From contig OZ024745.1 in the NCBI GenBank assembly GCA_964016885.1, forward strand, positions 744,001 to 808,000: a stretch of 64,000 nucleotides of DNA, given 5' to 3'. Source of the DNA: Eledone cirrhosa. Lineage: Eukaryota. Below the pieces are notes generated by a model. That model saw only the letters and a program-made list of their open reading frames with translations. It was not told where the DNA came from and searched no databases. Position 1 is the stretch's first letter. Each line of letters opens with the position of its first letter. Shown piece after piece: positions 46,701 through 61,700 of this stretch. The position numbers and the translations under genes are program-made.

Positions 46701-48350
46701 ATTACAACATACAGGGATACAGTGTACCTATTCTAAACTAGATATACATGGTATTACAACATACAGAGATACAGTGTACCTATTCTAAACTTGATATACA
46801 TGGTATTACAACATACAGAGATACAGTGTACCTATTCTAAACTAGATATATATGGTCTTACAACATACAGGGATACAGTGTACCTATTCTAAACTAGATA
46901 TACATGGTATTACAACATACAGGGATACAGTGTACCTATTCTAAACTAGATATATATGGTCTTACATCATACAGGGATACAGTGTACCTATTGTAAACTA
47001 GATATATATGGTATTACAACATACAGGGATACAGTGTACCTATTCTAAACTAGATATACATGGTCTTACAACATACAGGGATACAGTGTACCTATTCTAA
47101 ACTAGATATATATGGTCTTACAACATACAGGGATACAGTGTACCTATTCTAAACTAGATATATATGGTCTTATGACATACAGGGATACAGTGTACCTATT
47201 CTAAACTAGATATATATGGTATTACAACATACAGAGATACAGTGTACCTATTCTAAACTAGATATATATGGTATTACAACATACAGGGATACAGTGTACC
47301 TATTCTAAACTAGATATACACGGTCTTACAACATACTGGGATACAGTGTACCTATTCTAAACTAGATATACATGGTATTATGACATACAGGGATACAGTG
47401 TACCTATTTTAAACTAGATATACATGGTCTTACAACATACAGAGATACAGTGTACCTATTCTAAACTAGATATATATGGTCTTACAACATACAGGGATAC
47501 AGTGTACCTATTTTAAACTAGATATACATGGTCTTATGACATACAGGGATACAGTGTACCTATTCTAAACTAGATATACATGGTATTACAACATACAGGG
47601 ATACAGTGTACCTATTCTAAACTAGATATACACGGTCTTACAACATACAGGGATACAGTGTACCTATTCTAAACTAGATATACATGGTATTATGACATAC
47701 AGGGATACAGTGTACCTATTTTAAACTAGATATACATGGTATTATGACATACAGGGATACAGTGTACCTATTTTAAACTAGATATACATGGTCTTACAAC
47801 ATACAGAGATACAGTGTACCTATTCTAAACTAGATATATATGGTCTTACAACATACAGGGATACAGTGTACCTATTTTAAACTAGATATACATGGTCTCA
47901 TGACATACAGGGATACAGTGTACCTATTCTAAACTAGATACACATGGTATTACAACACACAGGGATACAGTGTACCTACTCTAAACTAGATATATATGGT
48001 ATTACAACATACAGGGATACAGTGTACCTATTCTAAACTAGATATATATGCTATTACAACATACAGGGATAGTGTACCTATTCTAAACTAGATATATATG
48101 GTATTAACACATACAGAGATACAGTGTACCTATTTTAAACTAGATATACATGGTCTTACAACATACAGAGATACAGTGTACCTATTCTAAACTAGATATA
48201 TATGGTCTTACAACATACAGGGATACAGTGTACCTATTTTAAACTAGATATACATGGTCTTATGACATACAGGGATACAGTGTACCTATTCTAAACTAGA
48301 TATACATGGTCTTACAACATACAGAGATACAGTGTACCTATTCTAAACTA
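28780..48350. repeat. Higher-order repeat domain: 80-mer unit of 4,154 bp with 54-mer (2,802 bp) and 83-mer (4,308 bp) variants; boundaries approximate
   Basis: Three independent rare markers share the same spacings. ACTTACAGGG occurs at 29991/34145/38299/41101/45409, TACAAGGTATTACAAGAC at 30651/34805/38959/41761/46069, and GTCTCATG at 32477/36631/39433/43587/47895. 4154 = 80x52-6. Confidence 0.88.
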
Positions 48351-48480
48351 GATATACATGGTATTAACACATACAGAGATACAGTGTACCCATTCTAAAC
48401 TAGATATATATGGTCTTACAACATACAGTGATACAGTGTACCTATTCTAAACTAGATATATATGGTCTTATGACATACAC

Positions 48481-51400
48481 GGATACAGTGTACCTATTCT
48501 AAACTAGATATATATGGTATTACAACATACAGAGATACAGTGTACCTATTCTAAACTAGATATATATGGTTTTACAACATACAGGGATACAGTGTACCTA
48601 TTCTAAACTAGATATACACGGTCTTACAACATACAGGGATACAGTGTACCTATTCTAAACTAGATATACATGGTATTACAACATACAGGGATACAGTGTA
48701 CCTATTCTAAACTAGATATACATGGTATTACAACATACAGGGATACAGTGTACCTATTCTAAACTAGATATACACGGTCTTACAACATACAGGGATACAG
48801 TGTACCTATTTTAAACTAGATATACATCGTCTTACAACATACAGAGATACAGTGTACCTATTCTAAACTAGATATATATGGTATTACAACACACAGGGAT
48901 ACAGTGTACCTATTCTAAACTAGATATACATGGTCTTACAACATACAGGGATACAGTGTACCTATTCTAAACTAGATATATATGGTCTTACAACATACAG
49001 GGATACAGTGTACCTATTCTAAACTAGATATATATGGTCTTATGACATACAGGGATACAGTGTACCTATTCTAAACTAGATATATATGGTATTACAACAT
49101 ACAGAGATACAGTGTACCTATTCTAAACTAGATATATATGGTATTACAACATACAGGGATACAGTGTACCTATTCTAAACTAGATATACACGGTCTTACA
49201 ACATACAGGGATACAGTGTACCTATTCTAAACTAGATATACATGGTATTATGACATACAGGGATACAGTGTACCTATTTTCAACTAGATATACATGGTCT
49301 TACAACATACAGAGATACAGTGTACCTATTCTAAACTAGATATATATGGTCTTACAACGTACAGGGATACAGTGTACCTATTTTAAACTAGATATACATG
49401 GTCTTATGACATACAGGGATACAGTGTACCTATTCTAAACTAGATACACATGGTATTACAACACACAGGGATACAGTGTACCTATTCTAAACTAGATATA
49501 TATGGTATTACAACATACAGGGATACAGTGTACCTATTCTAAACTAGATATATATGCTATTACAACATACAGGGATACAGTGTACCTATTCTAAACTAGA
49601 TATACATGGTCTTACATCATACAGGGATACAGTGTACCTATTCTAAACTAGATATACATGGTCTTACATCATACAGGGATACAGTGTACCTATTCTAAAC
49701 TAGATATACATTGTATTACAACATACAGGGATACAGTGTACCTATTCTAAACTAGATATACATGGTATTACAACATACAGAGATACAGTGTACCTATTCT
49801 AAACTTGATATACATGGTATTACAACATACAGAGATACAGTGTACCTATTCTAAACTAGATATATATGGTCTTACAACATACAGGGATACAGTGTACCTA
49901 TTCTAAACTAGATATATATGGTCTTACATCATACAGGGATACAGTGTACCTATTGTAAACTAGATATATATGGTATTACAACATACAGGGATACAGTGTA
50001 CCTATTCTAAACTAGATATACATGGTCTTACAACATACAGGGATACAGTGTACCTATTCTAAACTAGATATATATGGTCTTACAACATACAGGGATACAG
50101 TGTACCTATTCTAAACTAGATATATATGGTCTTATGACATACAGGGATACAGTGTACCTATTCTAAACTAGATATATATGGTATTACAACATACAGAGAT
50201 ACAGTGTACCTATTCTAAACTAGATATATATGGTATTACAACATACAGGGATACAGTGTACCTATTCTAAACTAGATATACACGGTCTTACAACATACTG
50301 GGATACAGTGTACCTATTCTAAACTAGATATACATGGTATTATGACATACAGGGATACAGTGTACCTATTTTAAACTAGATATACATGGTCTTACAACAT
50401 ACAGAGATACAGTGTACCTATTCTAAGCTAGATATACATGGTATTACAACATACAGGGATAGTGTACCTATTCTAAACTAGATATACATGGTATGACAGC
50501 ATACAGGGATACAGTGTACCTATTTTAAACTAGATATACATGGTCTTATGACATACAGGGATACAGTGTACCTATTCTAAACTAGATACACATGGTATTA
50601 CAACACACAGGGATACAGGGTACCTATTCTAAACTAGATATATATGGTATTACAACATACAGGGATACAGTGTACCTATTCTAAACTAGATATATATGCT
50701 ATTACAACATACAGGGATAGTGTACCTATTCTAAACTAGATATGTACGGTATTACAACATACAGGGATACAGTGTACCTATTCTAAACTAGATATACATG
50801 GTATTACAACATACAGGGATACAGTGTACCTATTCTAAACTAGATATAAATGGTATTACAACATACAGAGATACAGTGTACCTATAATAAACTTGATATA
50901 CATGGTATTACAACATACAGGGATACAGTGTACCTATTGTAAACTAGATATACATGGTCTTACAACATACAGAGATACAGTGTACCTATTCTAAACTTGA
51001 TATACAAGGAATTACAACACACAGGGATACAGTGTACCTATTCTAAACTAGATATATATGGTATTACAACACACAGGGATACAGTGTACCTATTCTAAAC
51101 TAGATATATATGGTCTTACAACATACAGGGATACAGTGTACCTATTTTAAACTAGATATACATGGTAGTACGACATACGGGGTTACAGTGTACCTATTCT
51201 AAACTAGATATACATGGTATTACAACATACAGGGATACAGTGTACCTATTTTAAACTAGATATATATGGTATTACAACATACAGGGATAGTGTACCTATT
51301 CTAAACTAGATATAAATGGTATTACAACATACAGGGATACAGTGTACCTATTATAAACTTGATATACATGGTATTACAACATACAGGGATACAGTGTACC

Positions 51401-54400
51401 TATTGTAAACTAGATATACATGGTCTTACAACATACAGAGATACAGTGTACCTATTCTAAACTTGATATACATGGTATTACAACACACAGGGATACAATG
51501 TACCTATTCTAAACTAGATATACATGGTATTATGACATACAGGGATACAGTGTACCTATTCTAAACTAGATATATATAGTATTACAACATACAGGGATAC
51601 AGTGTACCTATTCTAAACTAGATATATATGGTATTACAACATACAAGGATACAGTGTACCTATTCTAAACTAGATATACATGGTATTACAACATACAGGG
51701 ATACAGTGTACCTACTTTAAACTAGATACACATGGTATTACAACATATAGGGATACAGTGTACCTATTCTAAACTAGATATACATGGTCTTACAACATAC
51801 AAGGATACAGTGTACCTATTCTAAACTAGATATATATGGTATTACAACATACAAGGATACAGTGTACCTATTCTAAACTAGATATACATGGTATTACAAC
51901 ATACAGGGATACAGTGTACCTATTCTAAACTAGATATATATGCTATTACAACATACAGGGATACAGTGTACCTATTCTAAACTAGATATATATGGTATTA
52001 CAACATACAGGGATACAGTGTACCTATTCTAAACTAGATATACATGGTCTTATAACATACAGGGATACAGTGTACCTATTCTAAACTAGATATATATGGT
52101 ATTACAACATACAGGGATACAGTGTACCTATTCTAAACTAGATATACATGGTATTACAACATACAGGGATACAGTGTACCTATTCTAAACTAGATATATA
52201 TAGTATTACAACATACAAGGATACAGTGTACCTATTCTAAACTAGATATACATGGTATTACAACATACAGGGATACAGTGTACTTATTCTAAACTATATA
52301 TATATGGTCTTACAACATACAGGGATACAGTGCACCTATTCTAAACTAGATATACATGGTATTATGACATACAGGGATACAGTACCTATTCTAAACTAGA
52401 TATATATGGTATTACAACATACAGGGATACAGTGTACCTTTTCTAAACTAGATATACATGGTCTTACAACATACAGGGATACAGTGTACCTATTCTAAAC
52501 GAGATATACATGGTATTATGACATACAGGGATACAGTGTACCTATTGTAAATTAGATATACATGGTATTACAACATACAGGGATACAATGTACCTATTCT
52601 AAACTAGATATATATGGTATTACAACATACAGGGATACAGTGTTCCTATTCTAAACTAGATATACATGGTCTTACAACATACAGGGATACAGTGTACCTA
52701 TTCTAAACTAGATATACATGGTATTATGACATACAGGGATACAGTGTACCTATTCTAAACTAGATATACATGGTATTACAACGTACAGGGATACAGTGTA
52801 CCTATTCTAAACTAGATATACATGGTCTTATGACATACAGGGATACAGTGTACCTATTCTAAACTAGATATATATGGTATTACAACATACAGGGATACAG
52901 TGTACCTATTCTAAAGTAGATATATATGGTATTACAACATACAGGGATACAGTGTACCTATTCTAAACTAGATATACATGGTATTACAACATACAGGGAT
53001 ACAGTGTACCTATTCTAAACTAGATATACATGGTCTTATGACATACAGGGATACAGTGTACCTATTCTAAACTAGATATATATGGTATTACAACATACAG
53101 AGATACAGTGTACCTATTCTAAACTAGATATACATGGTATTACAACATACAGGGATACAGTGTACCTATTCTAAACTAGATATACATGGTATTATGACAT
53201 ACAGGGATACAGTGTACCTATTCTAAACTAGATATACATGGTATTACAACATACAGGAATACAGTGTACCTATTCTAAACTAGATATACATGGTCTTATG
53301 ACATACAGGGATACAGTGTACCTATTCTAAACTAGATATATATGGTATTACAACATACAGAGATACAGTGTACCTATTCTAAACTAGATATATATGGTAT
53401 TACAACATACAGGGATACAGTGTACCTATTCTAAACTAGATATACACGATCTTACAACATACAGGGATACAGTGTACCTATTCTAAACTAGATATACATG
53501 GTTTATGACATACAGGGATACAGTGTACCTATTCTAAACTAGATATATATGGTATTACAACATACAGAGATACAGTGTACCTATTCTAAACTAGATATAT
53601 ATGGTATTACAACATACAGGGATACAGTGTACCTATTCTAAACTAGATATACACGGTCTTACAACATACAGGGATACAGTGTACCTATTCTAAACTAGAT
53701 ATACATGGTATTACAACATACAGGGATACAGTGTACCTATTCTAAACTAGATATACATGGTATTACAACATACAGGGATACAGTGTACCTATTCTAAACT
53801 AGATATACACGGTCTTACAACATACAGGGATACAGTGTACCTATTTTAAACTAGATATACATCGTCTTACAACATACAGAGATACAGTGTACCTATTCTA
53901 AACTAGATATATATGGTATTACAACACACAGGGATACAGTGTACCTATTCTAAACTAGATATACATGGTCTTACAACATACAGGGATACAGTGTACCTAT
54001 TCTAAACTAGATATATATGGTCTTACAACATACAGGGATACAGTGTACCTATTCTAAACTAGATATATATGGTCTTATGACATACAGGGATACAGTGTAC
54101 CTATTCTAAACTAGATATATATGGTATTACAACATACAGAGATACAGTGTACCTATTCTAAACTAGATATATATGGTATTACAACATACAGGGATACAGT
54201 GTACCTATTCTAAACTAGATATACACGGTCTTACAACATACAGGGATACAGTGTACCTATTCTAAACTAGATATACATGGTATTATGACATACAGGGATA
54301 CAGTGTACCTATTTTCAACTAGATATACATGGTCTTACAACATACAGAGATACAGTGTACCTATTCTAAACTAGATATATATGGTCTTACAACGTACAGG

Positions 54401-57400
54401 GATACAGTGTACCTATTTTAAACTAGATATACATGGTCTTATGACATACAGGGATACAGTGTACCTATTCTAAACTAGATACACATGGTATTACAACACA
54501 CAGGGATACAGTGTACCTATTCTAAACTAGATATATATGGTATTACAACATACAGGGATACAGTGTACCTATTCTAAACTAGATATATATGCTATTACAA
54601 CATACAGGGATACAGTGTACCTATTCTAAACTAGATATACATGGTCTTACATCATACAGGGATACAGTGTACCTATTCTAAACTAGATATACATGGTCTT
54701 ACATCATACAGGGATACAGTGTACCTATTCTAAACTAGATATACATTGTATTACAACATACAGGGATACAGTGTACCTATTCTAAACTAGATATACATGG
54801 TATTACAACATACAGAGATACAGTGTACCTATTCTAAACTTGATATACATGGTATTACAACATACAGAGATACAGTGTACCTATTCTAAACTAGATATAT
54901 ATGGTCTTACAACATACAGGGATACAGTGTACCTATTCTAAACTAGATATATATGGTCTTACATCATACAGGGATACAGTGTACCTATTGTAAACTAGAT
55001 ATATATGGTATTACAACATACAGGGATACAGTGTACCTATTCTAAACTAGATATACATGGTCTTACAACATACAGGGATACAGTGTACCTATTCTAAACT
55101 AGATATATATGGTCTTACAACATACAGGGATACAGTGTACCTATTCTAAACTAGATATATATGGTCTTATGACATACAGGGATACAGTGTACCTATTCTA
55201 AACTAGATATATATGGTATTACAACATACAGAGATACAGTGTACCTATTCTAAACTAGATATATATGGTATTACAACATACAGGGATACAGTGTACCTAT
55301 TCTAAACTAGATATACACGGTCTTACAACATACTGGGATACAGTGTACCTATTCTAAACTAGATATACATGGTATTATGACATACAGGGATACAGTGTAC
55401 CTATTTTAAACTAGATATACATGGTCTTACAACATACAGAGATACAGTGTACCTATTCTAAGCTAGATATACATGGTATTACAACATACAGGGATAGTGT
55501 ACCTATTCTAAACTAGATATACATGGTATGACAGCATACAGGGATACAGTGTACCTATTTTAAACTAGATATACATGGTCTTATGACATACAGGGATACA
55601 GTGTACCTATTCTAAACTAGATACACATGGTATTACAACACACAGGGATACAGGGTACCTATTCTAAACTAGATATATATGGTATTACAACATACAGGGA
55701 TACAGTGTACCTATTCTAAACTAGATATATATGCTATTACAACATACAGGGATAGTGTACCTATTCTAAACTAGATATGTACGGTATTACAACATACAGG
55801 GATACAGTGTACCTATTCTAAACTAGATATACATGGTATTACAACATACAGGGATACAGTGTACCTATTCTAAACTAGATATAAATGGTATTACAACATA
55901 CAGAGATACAGTGTACCTATAATAAACTTGATATACATGGTATTACAACATACAGGGATACAGTGTACCTATTGTAAACTAGATATACATGGTCTTACAA
56001 CATACAGAGATACAGTGTACCTATTCTAAACTTGATATACAAGGAATTACAACACACAGGGATACAGTGTACCTATTCTAAACTAGATATATATGGTATT
56101 ACAACACACAGGGATACAGTGTACCTATTCTAAACTAGATATATATGGTCTTACAACATACAGGGATACAGTGTACCTATTTTAAACTAGATATACATGG
56201 TAGTACGACATACGGGGTTACAGTGTACCTATTCTAAACTAGATATACATGGTATTACAACATACAGGGATACAGTGTACCTATTTTAAACTAGATATAT
56301 ATGGTATTACAACATACAGGGATAGTGTACCTATTCTAAACTAGATATAAATGGTATTACAACATACAGGGATACAGTGTACCTATTATAAACTTGATAT
56401 ACATGGTATTACAACATACAGGGATACAGTGTACCTATTGTAAACTAGATATACATGGTCTTACAACATACAGAGATACAGTGTACCTATTCTAAACTTG
56501 ATATACATGGTATTACAACACACAGGGATACAATGTACCTATTCTAAACTAGATATACATGGTATTATGACATACAGGGATACAGTGTACCTATTCTAAA
56601 CTAGATATATATAGTATTACAACATACAGGGATACAGTGTACCTATTCTAAACTAGATATATATGGTATTACAACATACAAGGATACAGTGTACCTATTC
56701 TAAACTAGATATACATGGTATTACAACATACAGGGATACAGTGTACCTACTTTAAACTAGATACACATGGTATTACAACATATAGGGATACAGTGTACCT
56801 ATTCTAAACTAGATATACATGGTCTTACAACATACAAGGATACAGTGTACCTATTCTAAACTAGATATATATGGTATTACAACATACAAGGATACAGTGT
56901 ACCTATTCTAAACTAGATATACATGGTATTACAACATACAGGGATACAGTGTACCTATTCTAAACTAGATATATATGCTATTACAACATACAGGGATACA
57001 GTGTACCTATTCTAAACTAGATATATATGGTATTACAACATACAGGGATACAGTGTACCTATTCTAAACTAGATATACATGGTCTTATAACATACAGGGA
57101 TACAGTGTACCTATTCTAAACTAGATATATATGGTATTACAACATACAGGGATACAGTGTACCTATTCTAAACTAGATATACATGGTATTACAACATACA
57201 GGGATACAGTGTACCTATTCTAAACTAGATATATATAGTATTACAACATACAAGGATACAGTGTACCTATTCTAAACTAGATATACATGGTATTACAACA
57301 TACAGGGATACAGTGTACTTATTCTAAACTATATATATATGGTCTTACAACATACAGGGATACAGTGCACCTATTCTAAACTAGATATACATGGTATTAT

Positions 57401-58740
57401 GACATACAGGGATACAGTACCTATTCTAAACTAGATATATATGGTATTACAACATACAGGGATACAGTGTACCTTTTCTAAACTAGATATACATGGTCTT
57501 ACAACATACAGGGATACAGTGTACCTATTCTAAACGAGATATACATGGTATTATGACATACAGGGATACAGTGTACCTATTGTAAATTAGATATACATGG
57601 TATTACAACATACAGGGATACAATGTACCTATTCTAAACTAGATATATATGGTATTACAACATACAGGGATACAGTGTTCCTATTCTAAACTAGATATAC
57701 ATGGTCTTACAACATACAGGGATACAGTGTACCTATTCTAAACTAGATATACATGGTATTATGACATACAGGGATACAGTGTACCTATTCTAAACTAGAT
57801 ATACATGGTATTACAACGTACAGGGATACAGTGTACCTATTCTAAACTAGATATACATGGTCTTATGACATACAGGGATACAGTGTACCTATTCTAAACT
57901 AGATATATATGGTATTACAACATACAGGGATACAGTGTACCTATTCTAAAGTAGATATATATGGTATTACAACATACAGGGATACAGTGTACCTATTCTA
58001 AACTAGATATACATGGTATTACAACATACAGGGATACAGTGTACCTATTCTAAACTAGATATACATGGTCTTATGACATACAGGGATACAGTGTACCTAT
58101 TCTAAACTAGATATATATGGTATTACAACATACAGAGATACAGTGTACCTATTCTAAACTAGATATACATGGTATTACAACATACAGGGATACAGTGTAC
58201 CTATTCTAAACTAGATATACATGGTATTATGACATACAGGGATACAGTGTACCTATTCTAAACTAGATATACATGGTATTACAACATACAGGAATACAGT
58301 GTACCTATTCTAAACTAGATATACATGGTCTTATGACATACAGGGATACAGTGTACCTATTCTAAACTAGATATATATGGTATTACAACATACAGAGATA
58401 CAGTGTACCTATTCTAAACTAGATATATATGGTATTACAACATACAGGGATACAGTGTACCTATTCTAAACTAGATATACACGATCTTACAACATACAGG
58501 GATACAGTGTACCTATTCTAAACTAGATATACATGGTTTATGACATACAGGGATACAGTGTACCTATTCTAAACTAGATATATATGGTATTACAACATAC
58601 AGAGATACAGTGTACCTATTCTAAACTAGATATATATGGTATTACAACATACAGGGATACAGTGTACCTATTCTAAACTAGATATACACGGTCTTACAAC
58701 ATACAGGGATACAGTGTACCTATTCTAAACTAGATATACA
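48481..58740. repeat. Tandem duplication of a 97-monomer block (5,035 bp x 2)
   Basis: Rare variants recur at a +5035 offset: TATACATCGT 48821/53856, TTCTAAGCTA 50421/55456 and the 1-bp deletion GTTTATGA 53501/58536. 97x52-9 = 5035, which matches the four 2-bp deletions and one 1-bp deletion seen in the block. Confidence 0.9.
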
Positions 58741-61700
58741 TGGTATTATGACATACAGGGATACAGTGTACCTATTTTAAACTAGATATACATGGTCTTA
58801 CAACATACAGAGATACAGTGTACCTATTCTAAACTAGATATATATGGTCTTACAACATACAGGGATACAGTGTACCTATTTTAAACTAGATATACATGGT
58901 CTTATGACATACAGGGATACAGTGTACCTATTCTAAACTAGATATACATGGTCTTACATCATACAGGGATACAGTGTACCTATTCTAAACTAGATATACA
59001 TGGTCTTACATCATACAGGGATACAGTGTACCTATTCTAAACTAGATATACATGGTATTACAACATACAGGGATACAGTGTACCTATTCTAAACTAGATA
59101 TACATGGTCTTACATCATACAGGGATACAGTGTACCTATTCTAAACTAGATATACATGGTCTTACATCATACAGGGATACAGTGTACCTATTCTAAACTA
59201 GATATACATTGTATTACAACATACAGGGATACAGTGTACCTATTCTAAACTAGATATACATGGTATTACAACATACAGAGATACAGTGTACCTATTCTAA
59301 ACTTGATATACATGGTATTACAACATACAGAGATACAGTGTACCTATTCTAAACTAGATATATATGGTCTTACAACATACAGGGATACAGTGTACCTATT
59401 CTAAACTAGATATACATGGTATTACAACATACAGGGATACAGTGTACCTATTCTAAACTAGATATATATGGTCTTACATCATACAGGGATACAGTGTACC
59501 TATTGTAAACTAGATATATATGGTATTACAACATACAGGGATACAGTGTACCTATTCTAAACTAGATATACATGGTCTTACAACATACAGGGATACAGTG
59601 TACCTATTCTAAACTAGATATATATGGTCTTACAACATACAGGGATACAGTGTACCTATTCTAAACTAGATATATATGGTCTTATGACATACAGGGATAC
59701 AGTGTACCTATTCTAAACTAGATATATATGGTATTACAACATACAGAGATACAGTGTACCTATTCTAAACTAGATATATATGGTATTACAACATACAGGG
59801 ATACAGTGTACCTATTCTAAACTAGATATACACGGTCTTACAACATACTGGGATACAGTGTACCTATTCTAAACTAGATATACATGGTATTATGACATAC
59901 AGGGATACAGTGTACCTATTTTAAACTAGATATACATGGTCTTACAACATACAGAGATACAGTGTACCTATTCTAAACTAGATATATATGGTATTACAAC
60001 ATACAGGGATACAGTGTACCTATTCTAAACTAGATATATATGCTATTACAACATACAGGGATAGTGTACCTATTCTAAACTAGATATATATGGTATTACA
60101 ACATACAGGGATACAGTGTACCTATTCTAAACTAGATATACATGGTCTTACGACATACAGGGATACAGTGTACCTATTCTAAACTAGATATAAATGGTAT
60201 TACAACATACAGAGATACAGTGTACCTATTATAAACTTGATATACATGGTATTACAACATACAGGGATACAGTGTACCTATTGTAAACTAGATATACATG
60301 GTCTTACAACATACAGAGATACAGTGTACCTATTCTAAACTTGATATACAAGGTATTACAAGACACAGGGATACAGTGTACCTATTCTAAACTAGATATA
60401 CATGGTAGTATGACATACGGGGTTACAGTGTACCTATTCTAAACTAGATATACATGGTATTACAACATACAGGGATACAGTGTACCTATTGTAAACTAGA
60501 TATATATGGTATTACAACATACAGGGATACAGTGTACCTATTCTAAACTAGATATACATGGTATTACGACATACAGGGATACAGTGTACCTATTCTAAAC
60601 TAGATATAAATGGTATTACAACATACAGAGATACAGTGTACCTATTATAAACTTGATATACATGGTATTACAACATACAGGGATACAGTGTACCTATTGT
60701 AAACTAGATATACATGGGCTTACAACATACAGAGATACAGTGTACCTATTCTAAACTAGATATATATGGTCTTACAACATACAGGGATACAGTGTACCTA
60801 TTTTAAACTAGATATACATGGTCTTATGACATACAGGGATACAGTGTACCTATTCTAAACTAGATACACATGGTATTACAACACACAGGGATACAGTGTA
60901 CCTATTCTAAACTAGATATATATGGTATTACAACATACAGGGATACAGTGTACCTATTCTAAACTAGATATATATGCTATTACAACATACAGGGATACAG
61001 TGTACCTATTCTAAACTAGATATACATGGTATTACAACATACAGAGATACAGTGTACCTATTCTAAACTTGATATACATGGTATTACAACATACAGAGAT
61101 ACAGTGTACCTATTCTAAACTAGATATATATGGTCTTACAACATACAGGGATACAGTGTACCTATTCTAAACTAGATATACATGGTATTACAACATACAG
61201 GGATACAGTGTACCTATTCTAAACTAGATATATATGGTCTTACATCATACAGGGATACAGTGTACCTATTGTAAACTAGATATATATGGTATTACAACAT
61301 ACAGGGATACAGTGTACCTATTCTAAACTAGATATACATGGTCTTACAACATACAGGGATACAGTGTACCTATTCTAAACTAGATATATATGGTCTTACA
61401 ACATACAGGGATACAGTGTACCTATTCTAAACTAGATATATATGGTCTTATGACATACAGGGATACAGTGTACCTATTCTAAACTAGATATATATGGTAT
61501 TACAACATACAGAGATACAGTGTACCTATTCTAAACTAGATATATATGGTATTACAACATACAGGGATACAGTGTACCTATTCTAAACTAGATATACACG
61601 GTCTTACAACATACTGGGATACAGTGTACCTATTCTAAACTAGATATACATGGTATTATGACATACAGGGATACAGTGTACCTATTTTAAACTAGATATA

